Source of the DNA: Vulcanimicrobiota bacterium
GTDB lineage: Bacteria; Vulcanimicrobiota; Xenobia; Xenobiales; JADMJV01
DNA length: 64,000 bases
NCBI GenBank assembly: GCA_050250895.1
Contig: JBFWNU010000001.1
Span: forward strand, 3,186,981 to 3,250,980
Direction of reading: 5' to 3'
A model generated the notes under the pieces. The model saw nothing but the letters and a program-made list of their open reading frames with translations. It searched no databases and had not been told where the DNA came from. Position numbers and translations under genes: made by a program. Shown one piece after another: positions 36,958-46,861 of this stretch (its first letter is position 1; the number at the start of each line of letters is the position of its first letter).

Positions 36958-38586
36958 TTAAGTCTCGTGAATTTCTGGATCCGTTTCCCAGCGCAGGTGA
37001 GCTGGGACCACCCACCCCGGTTCGAGCACGCGGGCCAGTCTGGTGCAAGTTGTCGCTCGGTCGACCCGCCCGAGGTGGTATTCGCCAAAGGCCAGGTGGT
37101 CCAGGGCCAGGGGCTGGAACTCGACCCCCAGGCTGCGGACCCACAGTTGGAGCTGCTCCACCCCCCGGGGCAGTTCACCTCGCAGAATGGCCAGGGCCGC
37201 CCGGGCGGCGTTGGCTACGGCCGAACGGGGGGCCGTAGTGGCCGCTTCGTCGAGCAGACCCTGAGCACCGTCGAGGTCTTGTCTGAGCAGACGGGTCCAG
37301 GCCACACAGCCCAGCAAGGCGGGGCGGATCTCTTCGAGCCCCTCCACCTCGAGCAAATCCTCGAATTGGTCGTCGCGACACCCGAACAGCCGCAGAATGG
37401 CATTTTCAGGCTCAAGCTGACGGTAGCGATCGAGAATGTTGCCGGCCACCGACTCGCACTCGATCGTCTGCAACGACCTCAGGGCGAAAGTCGCTCGAGT
37501 CCTGGTATCGAGGTGCCAGGGAGGGATGGAGTCCGTCCAGGTGCTGAGAATGGCCGACCCGTCGGTGGGCACGCCGCCGGCAATCCACGGGACCAGGTTG
37601 CCCAGGCCGACCCATAGATTCACCGCCCAGAGCATAAGCTCAGGCGCCCATTGGTGGAGACTGGCCTCGGTCGGCAAGACCGCCGGCCAGCAGGCCAGGG
37701 CCACCAGCAGGTTGGCCAGGGGTCCGGCCGCATAGACAAGCGTTCGTTTCCAGCGAAATCCATCCATGGTGGTGGGCTGTAGCAGCACTCGACCCCCAAC
37801 TGGAAACAGCCGCAGTTGGAAGACGATAAACCGGAAGGTTCTGGTGAGCAGCGGCCTTCCCTGACCGATCGTGATGGCCACGATGTCATAGCCCACAAGC
37901 TGGGCAGCCAGCCAGTGGGCAGCTTCGTGGAGAATGCTGGCCAGGCTGCGCCACACCAGGGCCACGGCCAGATTGAGCAAAACGAAGTCACCCTCGTAGG
38001 CGGTCACCGCCACCAGCAGCAAACCGGCCAGGGCCAGAGCCCGTAACATGAAGGCGGCTCGCCTGCTGGTCCTTCTCTGGCATGTCAGGCAGAATCCATC
38101 GTCAAAGGCCGAAGCGAGCCAGGCGCTGAGGCCGCATTTCTTGCATGAGTATGTGACCTCGGGCTCGAACTCGACATCACTCATGCTGGTGAGGCTGTCA
38201 GCCAGAACCTGCTCGTCGAGGCATCCTTCCAGCGCTTTGGCGGCCTGGCTGCCCTCGGCCCGGGCCAGACCCCAGAGCAGATGATGGCTGTCGACCGAGG
38301 TGGAGGCCACCGCCTGAGCTCTTTTCAAGGCCAGGTTGATGGCGGCGATGGTGGGCTCGCTAAAGGGGGCCGGGTTGACCAGTTTGCCAAGCAGAAAGGT
38401 ACGCCGGCCGGGACCCTCATCGTCGGGTCGGCACTGGTCGAGCGCCGGGGCGGTTTTCACTAACCGGCAGGCCACGCCCCGTTCGCTCGCCAGCAGGCGC
38501 CGCAACACCAGGTCGGTGGTAACCTTCTGGCATGGAGCCGAAAGGACGGTCAGCACCGTTGCACTAAAGGCAATCGCCATGACCAA
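36958..38586 (-). CDS. Site-2 (M50) metalloprotease fused to Clp-N-like domain, Zn ribbon and TPR-like tail
   Basis: HEAAH, AAGPLAN, NLVP...TDG; VDSHHLLWGLA Clp-N motif; CKKC...CLTC. Confidence 0.7.
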   Translation of the reverse strand: MVMAIAFSATVLTVLSAPCQKVTTDLVLRRLLASERGVACRLVKTAPALDQCRPDDEGPGRRTFLLGKLVNPAPFSEPTIAAINLALKRAQAVASTSVDSHHLLWGLARAEGSQAAKALEGCLDEQVLADSLTSMSDVEFEPEVTYSCKKCGLSAWLASAFDDGFCLTCQRRTSRRAAFMLRALALAGLLLVAVTAYEGDFVLLNLAVALVWRSLASILHEAAHWLAAQLVGYDIVAITIGQGRPLLTRTFRFIVFQLRLFPVGGRVLLQPTTMDGFRWKRTLVYAAGPLANLLVALACWPAVLPTEASLHQWAPELMLWAVNLWVGLGNLVPWIAGGVPTDGSAILSTWTDSIPPWHLDTRTRATFALRSLQTIECESVAGNILDRYRQLEPENAILRLFGCRDDQFEDLLEVEGLEEIRPALLGCVAWTRLLRQDLDGAQGLLDEAATTAPRSAVANAARAALAILRGELPRGVEQLQLWVRSLGVEFQPLALDHLAFGEYHLGRVDRATTCTRLARVLEPGWVVPAHLRWETDPEIHET

Positions 38587-38752
38587 TTGCTTGGCGATTT
38601 GACGGCGCGGAGCCTGCTACTTCGCTGGGGTCGCCCGGACCCGACAGAGATGGAATCGCTGGTCCCACGCATCCTGGTCTCCTTCGCTGCCCTTCGCGCC
38701 AGCCTCGTGCACTAGCCGGAGACGGCGGTCTTCTGACACTTTTACGGCCGAG

Positions 38753-38767
38753 GTGACTGCCGTCACA
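38753..38767 (+). promoter_or_regulatory. CRP/FNR-family-like site
   Basis: GTGA-N6-TCACA about 40 bp upstream of a TATGCT -10 at 38807. Confidence 0.35.
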
Positions 38768-38858
38768 AAGTATCGTTTTTCACCGCCGGGGGGGCATCCC
38801 ATCGGATATGCTCGGCGGGCAAAGAACTCGATACGAAAAGCTTAGGAGGTATCTTCAG

Positions 38859-41006
38859 TTGCGCAATTCCCTGATCGCGTGTTGCCTCTGCCTGGCCTGT
38901 ATGGCCGGCTGCGTCACCACGCCCGAGCCAGACGCCACTGCGCCGGGCCCGGCCGCCAGCGTGGTCGGTCCGGGCGGCCCTACTCCGGTAGGAGAATCTC
39001 GCTATCTCTACACTATTAGCTCGCTAGCCAGAAGCGTGGTCGGCTATCGAGTCGACCCGGTGACCGGACAACTCTTTCCGGTCGGCACGGCTCGCTTTGC
39101 TCCCCAGCAAGCGACGCCTCGGGCGCTGGTGGTGGTCAATCATCACGTCTACGCTGCCGAGAGCAACTCCGGCGCAGTCAACGCTTTCAACGTCCAGGCC
39201 GACGGTCGCCTGTTACCCATCCATGACGCGCTCGGACTGACCGGTGGCCCTGATCTGGTGGGCCTGCGCGCCACGCCGGATGGACAGAATCTCTTCGCCC
39301 TGGCCAGCAATCCCACGGCTATCTACAGCCTCAAAGCCGACAGTTCGGGAGCTATCCGTCAGAACGGTCCGCCGCTGGCCTTGCCCGGAGGTTTGCCCAA
39401 CACACCCAGTCCCCTGTGCGTCGACCCACAGGGCGACTTCGTCTTTGTCTGCAACAACGGCCAGGTCACCTCGCTGCGGATCAATCCCGACGGCACCCTG
39501 ACTGCGGTCGGCAGCTTTACCGGAGCCGGTGGGGCCACGGCCGTGACAACCGACCGCAGCGGCTCGTTCCTCTACACTGTCGACCAGGCTCAGAATGTGG
39601 TTTCGCAATTCTCGGTGGCCCGCGCTACGGGTGCGCTGCAAGCCCTGCCGACGGCGACCATCGCCACTCCGACCGGGCCCCGAGCGATCGCCCTGGACCC
39701 GGCCGGGCCGTTTCTCTACGTGGGCACCGACAGCGGCCAGGTGGCTGCCTTCGCCATCGGCGGCAGCGGCCAATTGACCTCGCTTGGCCAAACCGCTTTC
39801 CAACCCGGCCAGGGCGCGGTGGTTGGGCTTGACGTCGACGCCGCTGGACGGGCTGTCTATGTGCGCATCTCACCGGCCCTGAATCTAGGCTTTCTTAGTC
39901 ACGTGCCCATCAATGCCGACGGTAGCCTGGGCCAGTTGCAGCGCTTCGACTCGGTGCTCAACGACGCCGGCGGCGAGATGCACTTCGACAACGGCACTCA
40001 GGCGGTGGCGGTCACTGCCAAGAACGTGTATACCGCCCACGCCGTGGCTAACACGGTCTCGTCTTTTGGCATCAATCCGACCACAGGAGCACTGACGGCC
40101 CTCAATACGATGCCAAGCCTGGATCCCGAGCCGAGAGCGCTAGCCGTAGCCACCCTCACCGACGGCACCCGAGTGCTCTATCTAGCCACCTTCAACTCGC
40201 TCAACATCTTCCATCTCGCCCCGGACGGCAGCCTGGGGGCCGCCCTTCCGCTCAACCTCGGTAGCGGCTCGATCGTCTCGCTGGCGGTGAGCAGTTCGAA
40301 TCGCTTTCTCTATGTCCTCGACAGCAATCCGGGGGGCAACTCCTTCGTGAGCGTCCTGGCCATTCAAGACGACGGAACGCTGGTGCCCACCGGCGGCCAA
40401 AGGGACACCGGTCTGCCGGGAGCCCGAAAGATCAAGACCGACCCTCGCGGGGGACTGGTCTACGTCACCCACGCCCAGGATGTGGTTACTTTTCTGGAAG
40501 GCTTTGCCGGGCAACTGGTCAACCAGGGGGCGACCTCGCTGGGAGCCCGCAACGTAGGTGTCACCGACCTGGCTCTCAATCCTCGCCTCAGTGTGGTGGG
40601 GACTGCTCTGAATCTGGCCGATCAGGTCGTGCTGGTGGCTCACGTCGCGCTGGGTCAGGTTGGAAGCGACCCGCCGGTAGTGGTGGGCCCGGCCCGGGCC
40701 GTGGCTTTTGACCCCGCCGGCACCAACCTCTACGTCACCATCGACAACCCGCCGAGCCTGAGCCTCTATCGGGTGGCCGACAACCGGACTCTGACGCTGG
40801 TGCCGGGCGCGGTGCCGGTGGGAGCCATCCCGGCCGCCATCTCTACCGACGAGTCAGGACGCTTCTTCTATCTGCTCAACGTCGGCACCAACACCATCTC
40901 GCAGTTCGGGATCAACCCCAACGGCACGGTCACCTCGTTGACTCCGGCCTTCGTCGCCACGGGCAACGGACCCAGCGACATGCTGGTGGTCAGCGACCGG
41001 CAATAG
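38859..41006 (+). CDS. Lactonase-family double beta-propeller lipoprotein
   Basis: AGGAGG RBS, TTG start, MAGC lipobox; repeated DPxGxFLYV / DGTLT blades. Confidence 0.8.
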   Translation: MRNSLIACCLCLACMAGCVTTPEPDATAPGPAASVVGPGGPTPVGESRYLYTISSLARSVVGYRVDPVTGQLFPVGTARFAPQQATPRALVVVNHHVYAAESNSGAVNAFNVQADGRLLPIHDALGLTGGPDLVGLRATPDGQNLFALASNPTAIYSLKADSSGAIRQNGPPLALPGGLPNTPSPLCVDPQGDFVFVCNNGQVTSLRINPDGTLTAVGSFTGAGGATAVTTDRSGSFLYTVDQAQNVVSQFSVARATGALQALPTATIATPTGPRAIALDPAGPFLYVGTDSGQVAAFAIGGSGQLTSLGQTAFQPGQGAVVGLDVDAAGRAVYVRISPALNLGFLSHVPINADGSLGQLQRFDSVLNDAGGEMHFDNGTQAVAVTAKNVYTAHAVANTVSSFGINPTTGALTALNTMPSLDPEPRALAVATLTDGTRVLYLATFNSLNIFHLAPDGSLGAALPLNLGSGSIVSLAVSSSNRFLYVLDSNPGGNSFVSVLAIQDDGTLVPTGGQRDTGLPGARKIKTDPRGGLVYVTHAQDVVTFLEGFAGQLVNQGATSLGARNVGVTDLALNPRLSVVGTALNLADQVVLVAHVALGQVGSDPPVVVGPARAVAFDPAGTNLYVTIDNPPSLSLYRVADNRTLTLVPGAVPVGAIPAAISTDESGRFFYLLNVGTNTISQFGINPNGTVTSLTPAFVATGNGPSDMLVVSDRQ

Positions 41007-41166
41007 GGTTTCTCAGTGGGTGGTATCAGTGGGGGGGCTGGCCGCCCCCCCCGCCCACCTGTCGAGAGGTCTGGCCGATGGCAAGCATCCAGGCTAGAAG
41101 CCTCGACGGCCCGAGAGCCAAGCGGTAACAAATCGGTCCTTGTCGAGCCCTCACGAGAGGGTTAAG

Positions 41167-42003
41167 ATGCTCGCGCACAAGCCTCGAATATTACAGGTAC
41201 TGGTCTTGCTATCGCTCGCTCTGTCTAGCCATAAACCGCCCGTTAGGAAGCCTCCGTCAGAGTGGAAGATGACCTGGCATGACGAGTTCAATGCTCCCGA
41301 CGGCTCGGCCCCCGACCCCGATCATTGGACCCCCGCCGTGGGTGGCAACGGGTTTGGCAACCGCGAACTTCAGACCTATACCGACCGACCCGAGAACGTG
41401 GTGGTAGAGTCGGGCGATCTGGTCATCACCGCCCGGGAGGAGCATCACACCGGCCCCGACGGCATCCCCCGCGATTACACCTCGGCTCGTCTTCACACCC
41501 GCGAGCATTTCAACCAGCGCTATGGCCGCTTCGAGGCCCGCATCAAGGTGCCGGAAGGGCAGGGGATGTGGCCTGCCTTCTGGATGCTCGGCGCCAACCG
41601 CCACCGCGATGGCTGGCCCCAGTGCGGCGAGATCGACGTCATGGAGAACGTGGGCAAGGAGCCGGGCCTTGTTCATGGCACGGTCCACGGGCCCGGGTAT
41701 GCTGGCGCCCGCGGCATCTCAGCCGCCTTCGAGTTGCCCGACAACGAGGCTTTCAGCCAGGACTACCATATCTTCGGCGTCGAGTGGAGCCCCAAGAAGG
41801 TGACCTTCGATGTCGACGGCGAGCCCTATCAGACGGTCACCCCCAAAGACTTGCCCGCGGGCGCCAAGTGGGTCTTCGACCATCCTTTCTACCTGCTGGT
41901 CAATCTGGCCGTGGGCGGCGATTGGCCCGGCCCCCCCGACGAGACCACCCAGTTCCCCCAGGAAATGCGGGTCGACTGGGTGCGCGCCTACAAGCGCTCG
42001 TAG
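41167..42003 (+). CDS. GH16 glycoside hydrolase (beta-1,3-glucanase-like)
   Basis: WHDEFN, YTSARL, WPAFWMLG, GEIDVME catalytic motif; start uncertain. Confidence 0.9.
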   Translation: MLAHKPRILQVLVLLSLALSSHKPPVRKPPSEWKMTWHDEFNAPDGSAPDPDHWTPAVGGNGFGNRELQTYTDRPENVVVESGDLVITAREEHHTGPDGIPRDYTSARLHTREHFNQRYGRFEARIKVPEGQGMWPAFWMLGANRHRDGWPQCGEIDVMENVGKEPGLVHGTVHGPGYAGARGISAAFELPDNEAFSQDYHIFGVEWSPKKVTFDVDGEPYQTVTPKDLPAGAKWVFDHPFYLLVNLAVGGDWPGPPDETTQFPQEMRVDWVRAYKRS

Positions 42004-42134
42004 AACCGTCGCTGGGCGTCGTGGCCCGACGGCGAACTATAATGTCAGCAAGTTTCCCGAGCCTCGAGACGCTTCTGTTCCGGCCCGGAAGGGGTCGGTA
42101 AGGCCGCGAGATAACTTCAGCCATAGGAGGTAGA

Positions 42135-44462
42135 GTGTCCTCGCGTTCACCCTTGTTCTCGGACCTGACCGCCTCCTTTGTCCTTTTCCTGATCGCCATT
42201 CCGCTCAACCTGGGTATCGCCCTGGCCAGTGGTGCCACGGCCGTCCAGGGTCTGGCGGCCGGCGTCATCGGAGGGCTGGTGGTGGGACTTTTGGCCGGTT
42301 GTCCCTTGATGGTCAGTGGCCCGGCCACCGGTCTTATCGCCATCGTCTGGCAGATCACCGATGAGCACGGCATGGTCATGTTGGGACCGGTGGTCCTGGC
42401 CGCGGGTCTGCTCCAGATCCTCATCGGCCTGGCCGGCCTTGGCCCCTGGTTTCGAGCGGTTGCTCCCGCCGTTATCCAGGGTATGCTGGCCGGCATCGGA
42501 ATCCTCATCTTCGCCAGCCAGTTCCACGTCATGCTGGGCCAGCGCCCCGAGAAGGTGGGTCTGACCAACCTCTTGATGATTCCCGGAGCCCTTTACCACG
42601 GGCATTTCCACCCGGCTTTGCTGGGAGCACTGACCATTCTCGTGATTCTTGTTTGGAATCGAATTCCCGGCCGAGCCAAGCTCATCCCCGGGGCGCTACC
42701 CGGAGTGGGCGCGGCCATCCTGGTGACGTGGGCGTCCGGCTTCAAAGTGGCGATGGTCGAAGTGCCGGTGGATCTGGCCTCCGAGTTTCGCCTGACCTCG
42801 CTCGAGCAGCTAAGGCATTTGAGCGACTTGCCGGTGCTCGAGTCCGTGCTGGCCCTGGCCTTCATCGCGACAGCCCAAACCCTGCTCACGGCCACCGCGG
42901 TGGATCGCCTTCACGACCGAGAGCGAACCAACTACAATCGCGAAGTGGTGGCCCAGGGAGTCGGCAATCTGCTGGCCGGCTGGCTGGGACTGCTGCCCCT
43001 ATGCGGGGTGATCGTCCGCAGTGCAGCCAATCTTCAGGCCGGCGCCGTCAGTCGGCGTGCCACTGTGCTGCAGGGGGTTTGGGTGGCCCTGTTCGCGTTC
43101 TGCCTGGCCCCGGCCCTGAGGTATATTCCGGTGGCCGCCCTGGCGGCTGTGCTCGTCTTGACCGGTATTCGTCTGGTCAATCTCGACGCGGTGCGGGAAT
43201 TGTCGCAGTTTGGTCGGGGAGAGCTGGTCACCTATTGGGGCACTCTCGTCACGGTGGTGTCGGTCGACCTGCTCAGTGGCATCGCCGTAGGCTTCGCGCT
43301 TTCGGCTGTTCGTCTGGTTCATAATCTGACCAACTGCCAAACCCGGGTCTACAAGGACACAGATTCCGGGGCCACCGTGGTGGAAGTCAAGGGGAGCGCC
43401 ACCTTCTTCACTCTACCTGAATTGGCGCGCGTGCTCGAAGAGGTCCCACCCGGCCGCGAGGTGCACGTCTTCGTCAGCCATCTCTACTACATCGACCACG
43501 CCTGCCTCGAGCACATCATGACCTGGGAGGAACAGTACATCAGCCAGGGCGGCCAGGTCTTCATCGAGTGGGACCACCTCATCGGCCGTTTCAAGAAGCC
43601 GACCACCTCGACCAACGATGTTCTCGAACAGGTAAGCCGGGCGACGGCCTACGAGACCCTGGTGGCCCAAGCTCCTGTGCTCGACCGAGAGAGCTACTCT
43701 TCGCACCAGGAGCTAGTCGACGAGATCTGCCAACTGATGCAACGGCGTCAACCCAGAGTCAAGCCCGCCAGGCTGGCTACGCGCCTGATTTACGAGCTAC
43801 AGCTCGGCGGTTCACCCTTCGTGGCCGGCTCTGGACTGCCCAATCTACGGGTGAATGAACTGCAGCGCCAGCACCTGATCCTGGTGAGGGTGCGTCGCGG
43901 AATCACGTTCATCCACCCGGTCAGTGGCCAGGGGCACACGGCCTTCTGCCTGCTGTTTCTGTTTAGTCCTGAAGAGGCGGCGGGCGAGCATATTCGCACC
44001 CTGGCCTCGCTCATCTCGCGAGCCGAAGAGGATTGCTTGACCGAATGGCTCGAGGCCCGAAGCGACGAGGAGCTGCGTCAGACTTTCCTCAAGCACCGTC
44101 GTTTCGTGTCGGTGGTCTTAAAGAGTCAGGCTGCCACGGCGGTCCTCCTGGACCGCGCCGTCTGGCAGGTGGCCGAGTTGCTGCCCCCCAGCGCTCTCAT
44201 CGCCCTGGTCGAACGCGAGGGGGAAAGTCTGGTGCCCAAAGGCAAAACGATCCTGCGCGAGGGCGATCGGTTGATAATCTTCGGCGAGGACCACGACATC
44301 GACTTGCTCTTCCGCCGCTACGTCAACAACGAGCCCTCGCTGCGCTCACCTCGAGGTTTTGGGATAGTCGACGCTTCGCGTCGTAAATCTGGGGCGGCTT
44401 CGCCTCAAGGTGGCCCGGCGAGGCCCGGTCAAGGCCGGGAAAAGAAAGAGGAGTGGCCGTAG
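42135..44462 (+). CDS. SulP anion transporter with STAS, PTS-EIIA-like and TrkA-C domains
   Basis: IAIPLNLGIALASG, VSGPA, VIVRS; EIIA-like EHIRTLASL; VPKGKTILREGDRL; last ~40 aa read into a repeat. Confidence 0.85.
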   Translation: MSSRSPLFSDLTASFVLFLIAIPLNLGIALASGATAVQGLAAGVIGGLVVGLLAGCPLMVSGPATGLIAIVWQITDEHGMVMLGPVVLAAGLLQILIGLAGLGPWFRAVAPAVIQGMLAGIGILIFASQFHVMLGQRPEKVGLTNLLMIPGALYHGHFHPALLGALTILVILVWNRIPGRAKLIPGALPGVGAAILVTWASGFKVAMVEVPVDLASEFRLTSLEQLRHLSDLPVLESVLALAFIATAQTLLTATAVDRLHDRERTNYNREVVAQGVGNLLAGWLGLLPLCGVIVRSAANLQAGAVSRRATVLQGVWVALFAFCLAPALRYIPVAALAAVLVLTGIRLVNLDAVRELSQFGRGELVTYWGTLVTVVSVDLLSGIAVGFALSAVRLVHNLTNCQTRVYKDTDSGATVVEVKGSATFFTLPELARVLEEVPPGREVHVFVSHLYYIDHACLEHIMTWEEQYISQGGQVFIEWDHLIGRFKKPTTSTNDVLEQVSRATAYETLVAQAPVLDRESYSSHQELVDEICQLMQRRQPRVKPARLATRLIYELQLGGSPFVAGSGLPNLRVNELQRQHLILVRVRRGITFIHPVSGQGHTAFCLLFLFSPEEAAGEHIRTLASLISRAEEDCLTEWLEARSDEELRQTFLKHRRFVSVVLKSQAATAVLLDRAVWQVAELLPPSALIALVEREGESLVPKGKTILREGDRLIIFGEDHDIDLLFRRYVNNEPSLRSPRGFGIVDASRRKSGAASPQGGPARPGQGREKKEEWP

Positions 44463-44468
44463 CCACTC
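44343..44468. repeat. Internally deleted copy of the 293-bp hairpin module
   Basis: Identical 5' part to the 31884 copy; ends at hairpin GAGTGGC-CGTA-GCCACTC. Confidence 0.9.
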
Positions 44469-44790
44469 GTGCCGAGGAACTGCATCACGCCGGTGGTCGA
44501 GACCGAGGCGATGGCGGGGCCGAGGCCACCACCGATGGCGGTTCCGAGGATAGCGCCGCCGACGACCCCGGCGTAACCGCCCGCGATGGCGGTGACGATA
44601 CCGGTGCCGCCACCGACGGCCAGGCTCATGTCGTTGCCGACACCGACCATTCCGGCGCCAATTTCGCGCCTGGCTCGGCTGACGAAGGAATCGGGCGGGG
44701 GAGCCGGCTCACCACCTTCCGCTGGCGTGCCGGCCGAGCGAGACCCACCTACTCGCGGGTTCGCGTGGTTAATGACTTTCTCGGGCTTCC
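44469..44790 (-). pseudogene. Truncated N-terminal paralog of Gly-zipper gene 32483..34078
   Basis: 44469-44659 matches 33762-33952 with 2 synonymous mismatches; upstream reads EKVINHANPR...PPPDSFVSRARREIGAGM with no start codon at the expected position. Confidence 0.8.
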
Positions 44791-44808
44791 TGCTCTCCTA
44801 CAGCGTCC

Positions 44809-44841
44809 ACCTTAGGGAGCCTGGCTTAAAGAAGCTTGAAA
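44809..44841 (-). promoter_or_regulatory. Class I direct-repeat promoter of truncated paralog
   Basis: Minus strand TTTCAA-N5-TTTAAG-N10-TAAGGT. Confidence 0.55.
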
Positions 44842-44896
44842 GAAGTTGGGTCGATCGACCCTGTGGATGTCGGTCACGGCAGCCTATTCTGGAGTT

Positions 44897-45643
44897 ATGA
44901 CCCCGCTAGAAAAGATGGTGACCCTGTCTATCCTGTGGCTGTGCCTGGCTGAGGCTGGTTCGCTGGTCGGCGGACTAAAGGGCAAAAGGCTGGGCCGCAA
45001 CCTGGGTTTCGGCGCCGCCGCCCTGGGGGTGGGAGTGGCTTTGCGTCACCTGCACGAGTGGATGGCCGGGCTGGCTCTGTTCCACTGGGGCAATCGTTGG
45101 CTTGAAACCCTGGCCTGTGTGCTGGTGGCCGAGCTGTTTGGCTGGACCTGTCACTACGTCAAGCACGTCCATCCCTGGCTGTGGAAGTTTCATTTCCAGC
45201 ATCACCGCGAAGAGGAGTACAACCTCTGGCTGACCACCCATACTCACGCTCTCGAGGTGCTCGTCTCGGGCACGGTGATGGCCGCCTTGTTGGCGGTGTG
45301 CGGTTTCTCCAACCAGGTGGTGGGCATTTACCTTCTCTATTACAGCCTGGTCAAGTTCTTCCAACACTCCAGCCGCGACTACCGGCTCGGCCCCCTGGGC
45401 TATCTGGTGATCACGCCCGCCTACCATCGATGGCACCACGAGATCGAGAGCCGGTGCAATTATGGCGTGACCCTGACGATCTTTGACGTGTTGTTCGGCA
45501 CGGTGCGCTGGCCCGACCAGGTCAAGCCCGAGCGCTATGGCGTCAAGGGCGAGCTACCCTATGGCTTCTGGGCCGAGCATCTCTGGTTCTTGCGAAGGCC
45601 TACCAGCGCTTCGGAGGGTCTTCGCCAGCGGCAACCTTCATGA
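44897..45643 (+). CDS. Sterol desaturase / fatty acid hydroxylase superfamily protein
   Basis: HYVKH, HFQHH, HRWHH His boxes; NYG...FDVLFGT. Confidence 0.85.
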   Translation: MTPLEKMVTLSILWLCLAEAGSLVGGLKGKRLGRNLGFGAAALGVGVALRHLHEWMAGLALFHWGNRWLETLACVLVAELFGWTCHYVKHVHPWLWKFHFQHHREEEYNLWLTTHTHALEVLVSGTVMAALLAVCGFSNQVVGIYLLYYSLVKFFQHSSRDYRLGPLGYLVITPAYHRWHHEIESRCNYGVTLTIFDVLFGTVRWPDQVKPERYGVKGELPYGFWAEHLWFLRRPTSASEGLRQRQPS

Positions 45644-46619
45644 GGATTCCGGCCGCCACCCCGGCTCCCAATCCCGTCAAGGCACCGGCGCCCAGCCCGA
45701 TGGCCGCCCCCCGGGCCGGGGTCAACCAGTGACTGTTCTCGACCGTGTTGGTTGCTTCGAAGCGACCGGAGAAGACCGAGCGCACGATTTGCTGGCCACT
45801 ACCAGCGAAGGGGGTCGGGCCGAAGCGGTCGCCCACCTCGTGATAGTAGATCTTGTGACCGGGATGGAACAGGTCGTTGGGGATGCTCGACTTCTGCGAT
45901 ACGCGCGGGATATAGCCGAGTAGTTCGTTCTGATAGACGGGCCTCTGAATCACCTGGTCGAGCACCACATTGTGGTTCTGGGCGACGGTGCCGGCCCACA
46001 GACCGGCTAGCGCTCCGACGCCGGCCCCGACTCCCGCCCCGATCCAGGGGGCGCGGTCGGCCTGGCGAGCCTGGTTCTTCTTCTCTTCGGTGGTGGGCAC
46101 CTTAGGGGCGTCCCAGGGGTCGCCGATGTCGTCGGTGACGATGTTGGTCAAACTGGCCACGGCCGCCCCCACCAGGGCACCCACGCCCAGGCCGACGGCC
46201 GTGCCCAGTAAGGGGCCGAAGGCTGCCGTATGCTTGAGAACCTGCTTCTCTTCGAACTGACCGGTCCCGCGGTGGCTGAGGATGGGATCCCAGTCGGCCG
46301 GGTCGTGGTGCCACTGGGTCTGCATGTTGCCGTCAGCGTCGGTGTAGTAGGTGACGTAGTCGTTGGAAGGGTCGTAGTCGGCTCCCACCAGCGTCGGGCG
46401 GGTCAGTTCGACCCGCGAAGTCTCGATGGTGACCTGGTCGTTGGCCAGGTTGCTCAAGCCCCAGGCGAAGCCGGCGGCACCGCCCAGGACGGCTCCCACT
46501 CCAGCTCCTACCAGCGGCTTGCTGAGCCCCTCGCGTCGGGCCTTGTTGACGAACGAGTCGCGAGGCTTGTAGTCGTTGCTTGTTCCTATATGTTTGTGGA
46601 TGAACGAAGTCAGGCTCAT
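45600..46619 (-). CDS. Glycine-zipper membrane protein (paralog of 34107..35156)
   Basis: FIHKHI vs FVTKHI; PVYQNELLGYIP vs PVTQTQVIGQVP; same four Gly-rich helices. Confidence 0.75.
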   Translation of the reverse strand: MSLTSFIHKHIGTSNDYKPRDSFVNKARREGLSKPLVGAGVGAVLGGAAGFAWGLSNLANDQVTIETSRVELTRPTLVGADYDPSNDYVTYYTDADGNMQTQWHHDPADWDPILSHRGTGQFEEKQVLKHTAAFGPLLGTAVGLGVGALVGAAVASLTNIVTDDIGDPWDAPKVPTTEEKKNQARQADRAPWIGAGVGAGVGALAGLWAGTVAQNHNVVLDQVIQRPVYQNELLGYIPRVSQKSSIPNDLFHPGHKIYYHEVGDRFGPTPFAGSGQQIVRSVFSGRFEATNTVENSHWLTPARGAAIGLGAGALTGLGAGVAAGILMKVAAGEDPPKRW

Positions 46620-46687
46620 GCCCGCATCCTCACCTATTGGGGGCGAACAGTTGTTACACCGGGGTCAAAATCCGACCAGGGAGCGGC

Positions 46688-46860
46688 AGTCGGCCTCTGG
46701 CCGACATCTCCGCGCAGCGGCTTCCTGTCGACGCGGCGAGCGTCGAATCTCCGGGCGAAGCCCACGGCTCCTTTTCCCGTCGACGAAGTCGGCGCTCCCC
46801 GTCGGCCGCAGGCCGAAGTCTCAGCCGCAGGCTGCTCCCTGTCGACGCGATAGCGTCGAG
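46688..46860. repeat. Inverted-orientation mini-hairpin array
   Basis: About eight short stems, e.g. ccgc-GCA-gcgg, gggc-GAA-gccc, tcggcc-GCA-ggccga, cagcc-GCA-ggctg, with CTCCC-type spacers. Confidence 0.65.
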
Positions 46861-46861
46861 C

